From positions 63,692,057-63,756,056 of the forward strand of contig NC_092371.1 in NCBI RefSeq assembly GCF_030028105.1: 64,000 nt of DNA, written 5' to 3'. How positions within the stretch are numbered: position 1 is the stretch's first letter; every line of letters begins with the position of its first letter. Below are positions 62,872-64,000 of this stretch, piece after piece. The notes below the pieces were generated by a model. The model was not told the origin of the DNA. It ran no database searches and was given only the letters and a program-made list of their open reading frames with translations. The position numbers and the translations under genes are program-made. The DNA is from Mobula birostris. Its lineage: Eukaryota.

Positions 62872-64000
62872 AAATAGTTCTGAAATATGACACAACTATA
62901 ATGACATTTATAAACTGTTTAAATACATTTAAATAGTTTTTAATTAACAAAAAAGAACAAAAATTTGAAATTTGGTTTATTTAAAGTATGGATTAAAAAC
63001 ATAATTATGCAAAATATGAAAAATTTATTGAACAATATGATCACACTACTTATGGTACACATAAGTCCATAGGGGAGATAAGTAGTCTCTTGCATTGGTA
63101 TCTGACCTCCAACTCATGTTTCAATATACAGGCATGGAGGTTGGAGATGGTCTGATCCTTGAGGAATAGTCACCATGGGTTTCTCTATGGAACTGCCAGT
63201 CAGAGTTCAGTGCAGATTGACCTATTGCACATAGATTAAGTTATTAAATACCATCTAACATAGTACTTACTGAGTCATATTTGATTTGAGAGTCTGAGGC
63301 TTATAATGGAGAAAACATTAATTCTGTGAAGAATCCTACTTAGCATATAGTTTGCCAATAATGATAGATTTACTCTAGAACATCATAAAACTATAGTTCG
63401 TGGTATTCTTGGGGAGAAGGTACCATTTGCAAGATAAGAAAATGAATACTCGTCTGTTGCAAACGTATGACATTCAGCTATCACATTTTCATGAAGGTGT
63501 TAATCCATTGATGAAATTCCACTTCCAGCATGAAAAATAACTGTTCAGTCTATGACATAATATAATGCTGTGATTCGTGCAAAATGCCTAGGGTGTGTTT
63601 TCCTAACAACTAAATATACAATCCTATAAGCAGGTTAGTTTACTCAGAGCTGACATTTCAGAATAACGTTTCCTAAAATGCTTTTTCCTGTGTCCTGATA
63701 AAGCTCGTTGCTACGTTGTTGCTTCAGTACATCTGTTGTAATGTTGGATTACGGTTCTAATCCTGCATTCATCTCAGTGAAATGAATGGTTTTACAGATA
63801 TCAAAATGTGAGTTTGTAAAAGTATTAAAACTAGACTCATCATAATCAAATCTTGAATCATTGATCTGTCATACTTCAGAATCATTTCATAATGCTTTTT
63901 TGTATGGATTGTAAAAAAAGAAACAACACATCATCCATCTGTAGTATGATAAACCCTCCACATATTATACCAAGTCAAATAAGCATGCAAGACATTACCA

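Larger units (their letters stand above)
58561..62897 (-). mobile_element. Gypsy (Mag-like) LTR retrotransposon, decayed, most of RT deleted
   Basis: 5-bp TSD ATAAT (58556-58560, 62898-62902); LTRs at 58561-~58757 and 62221-62897; PBS-like GTGATGACAAG at 62210-62220; gag HLEPKPLLIAESFRHHKQNQKEG, tandem zinc knuckles CYCCG..CRF..CRKYNKVGHIQRAC, protease MELDTGSAVSVI, RNase H WQWTKQCEVAF..LACDTSPYG, integrase LFARTGVPEHLVSDSGPQ. Confidence 0.92.

Overview
Eukaryotic non-coding DNA (about 40% GC, CpG-depleted, no long intact ORF). The repeat landscape (CR1 3' ends, HE1/V-domain SINEs, Rex1/Babar LINEs, Penelope-derived short repeats) suggests a cartilaginous fish, probably a ray; this is inference from recalled family consensus sequences, not a search. 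No host protein-coding exon, rRNA, true tRNA or CRISPR array could be supported. Roughly half of the window is transposable-element debris. Elements delimited by terminal repeats and target-site duplications (TSDs) visible in the sequence: a disrupted 3.0-kb hAT (54956-57983), a decayed Gypsy/Mag-type LTR retrotransposon (58561-62897), three solo LTRs, a mariner-derived fold-back MITE (26105-26615), an 80-bp Charlie-type MITE, and a three-layer nest at 48.4-50.2 kb (Buster/Charlie derivative inside a hAT MITE inside a hammerhead motif). The most interesting signal is a family of about 13 short Penelope-derived repeats carrying a decayed minimal type I hammerhead ribozyme motif. Four of them are ~160-200 bp fold-backs whose inversion point lies at or beside the ribozyme, and two of those have apparent TSDs. 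I found no convincing novel protein-coding system.
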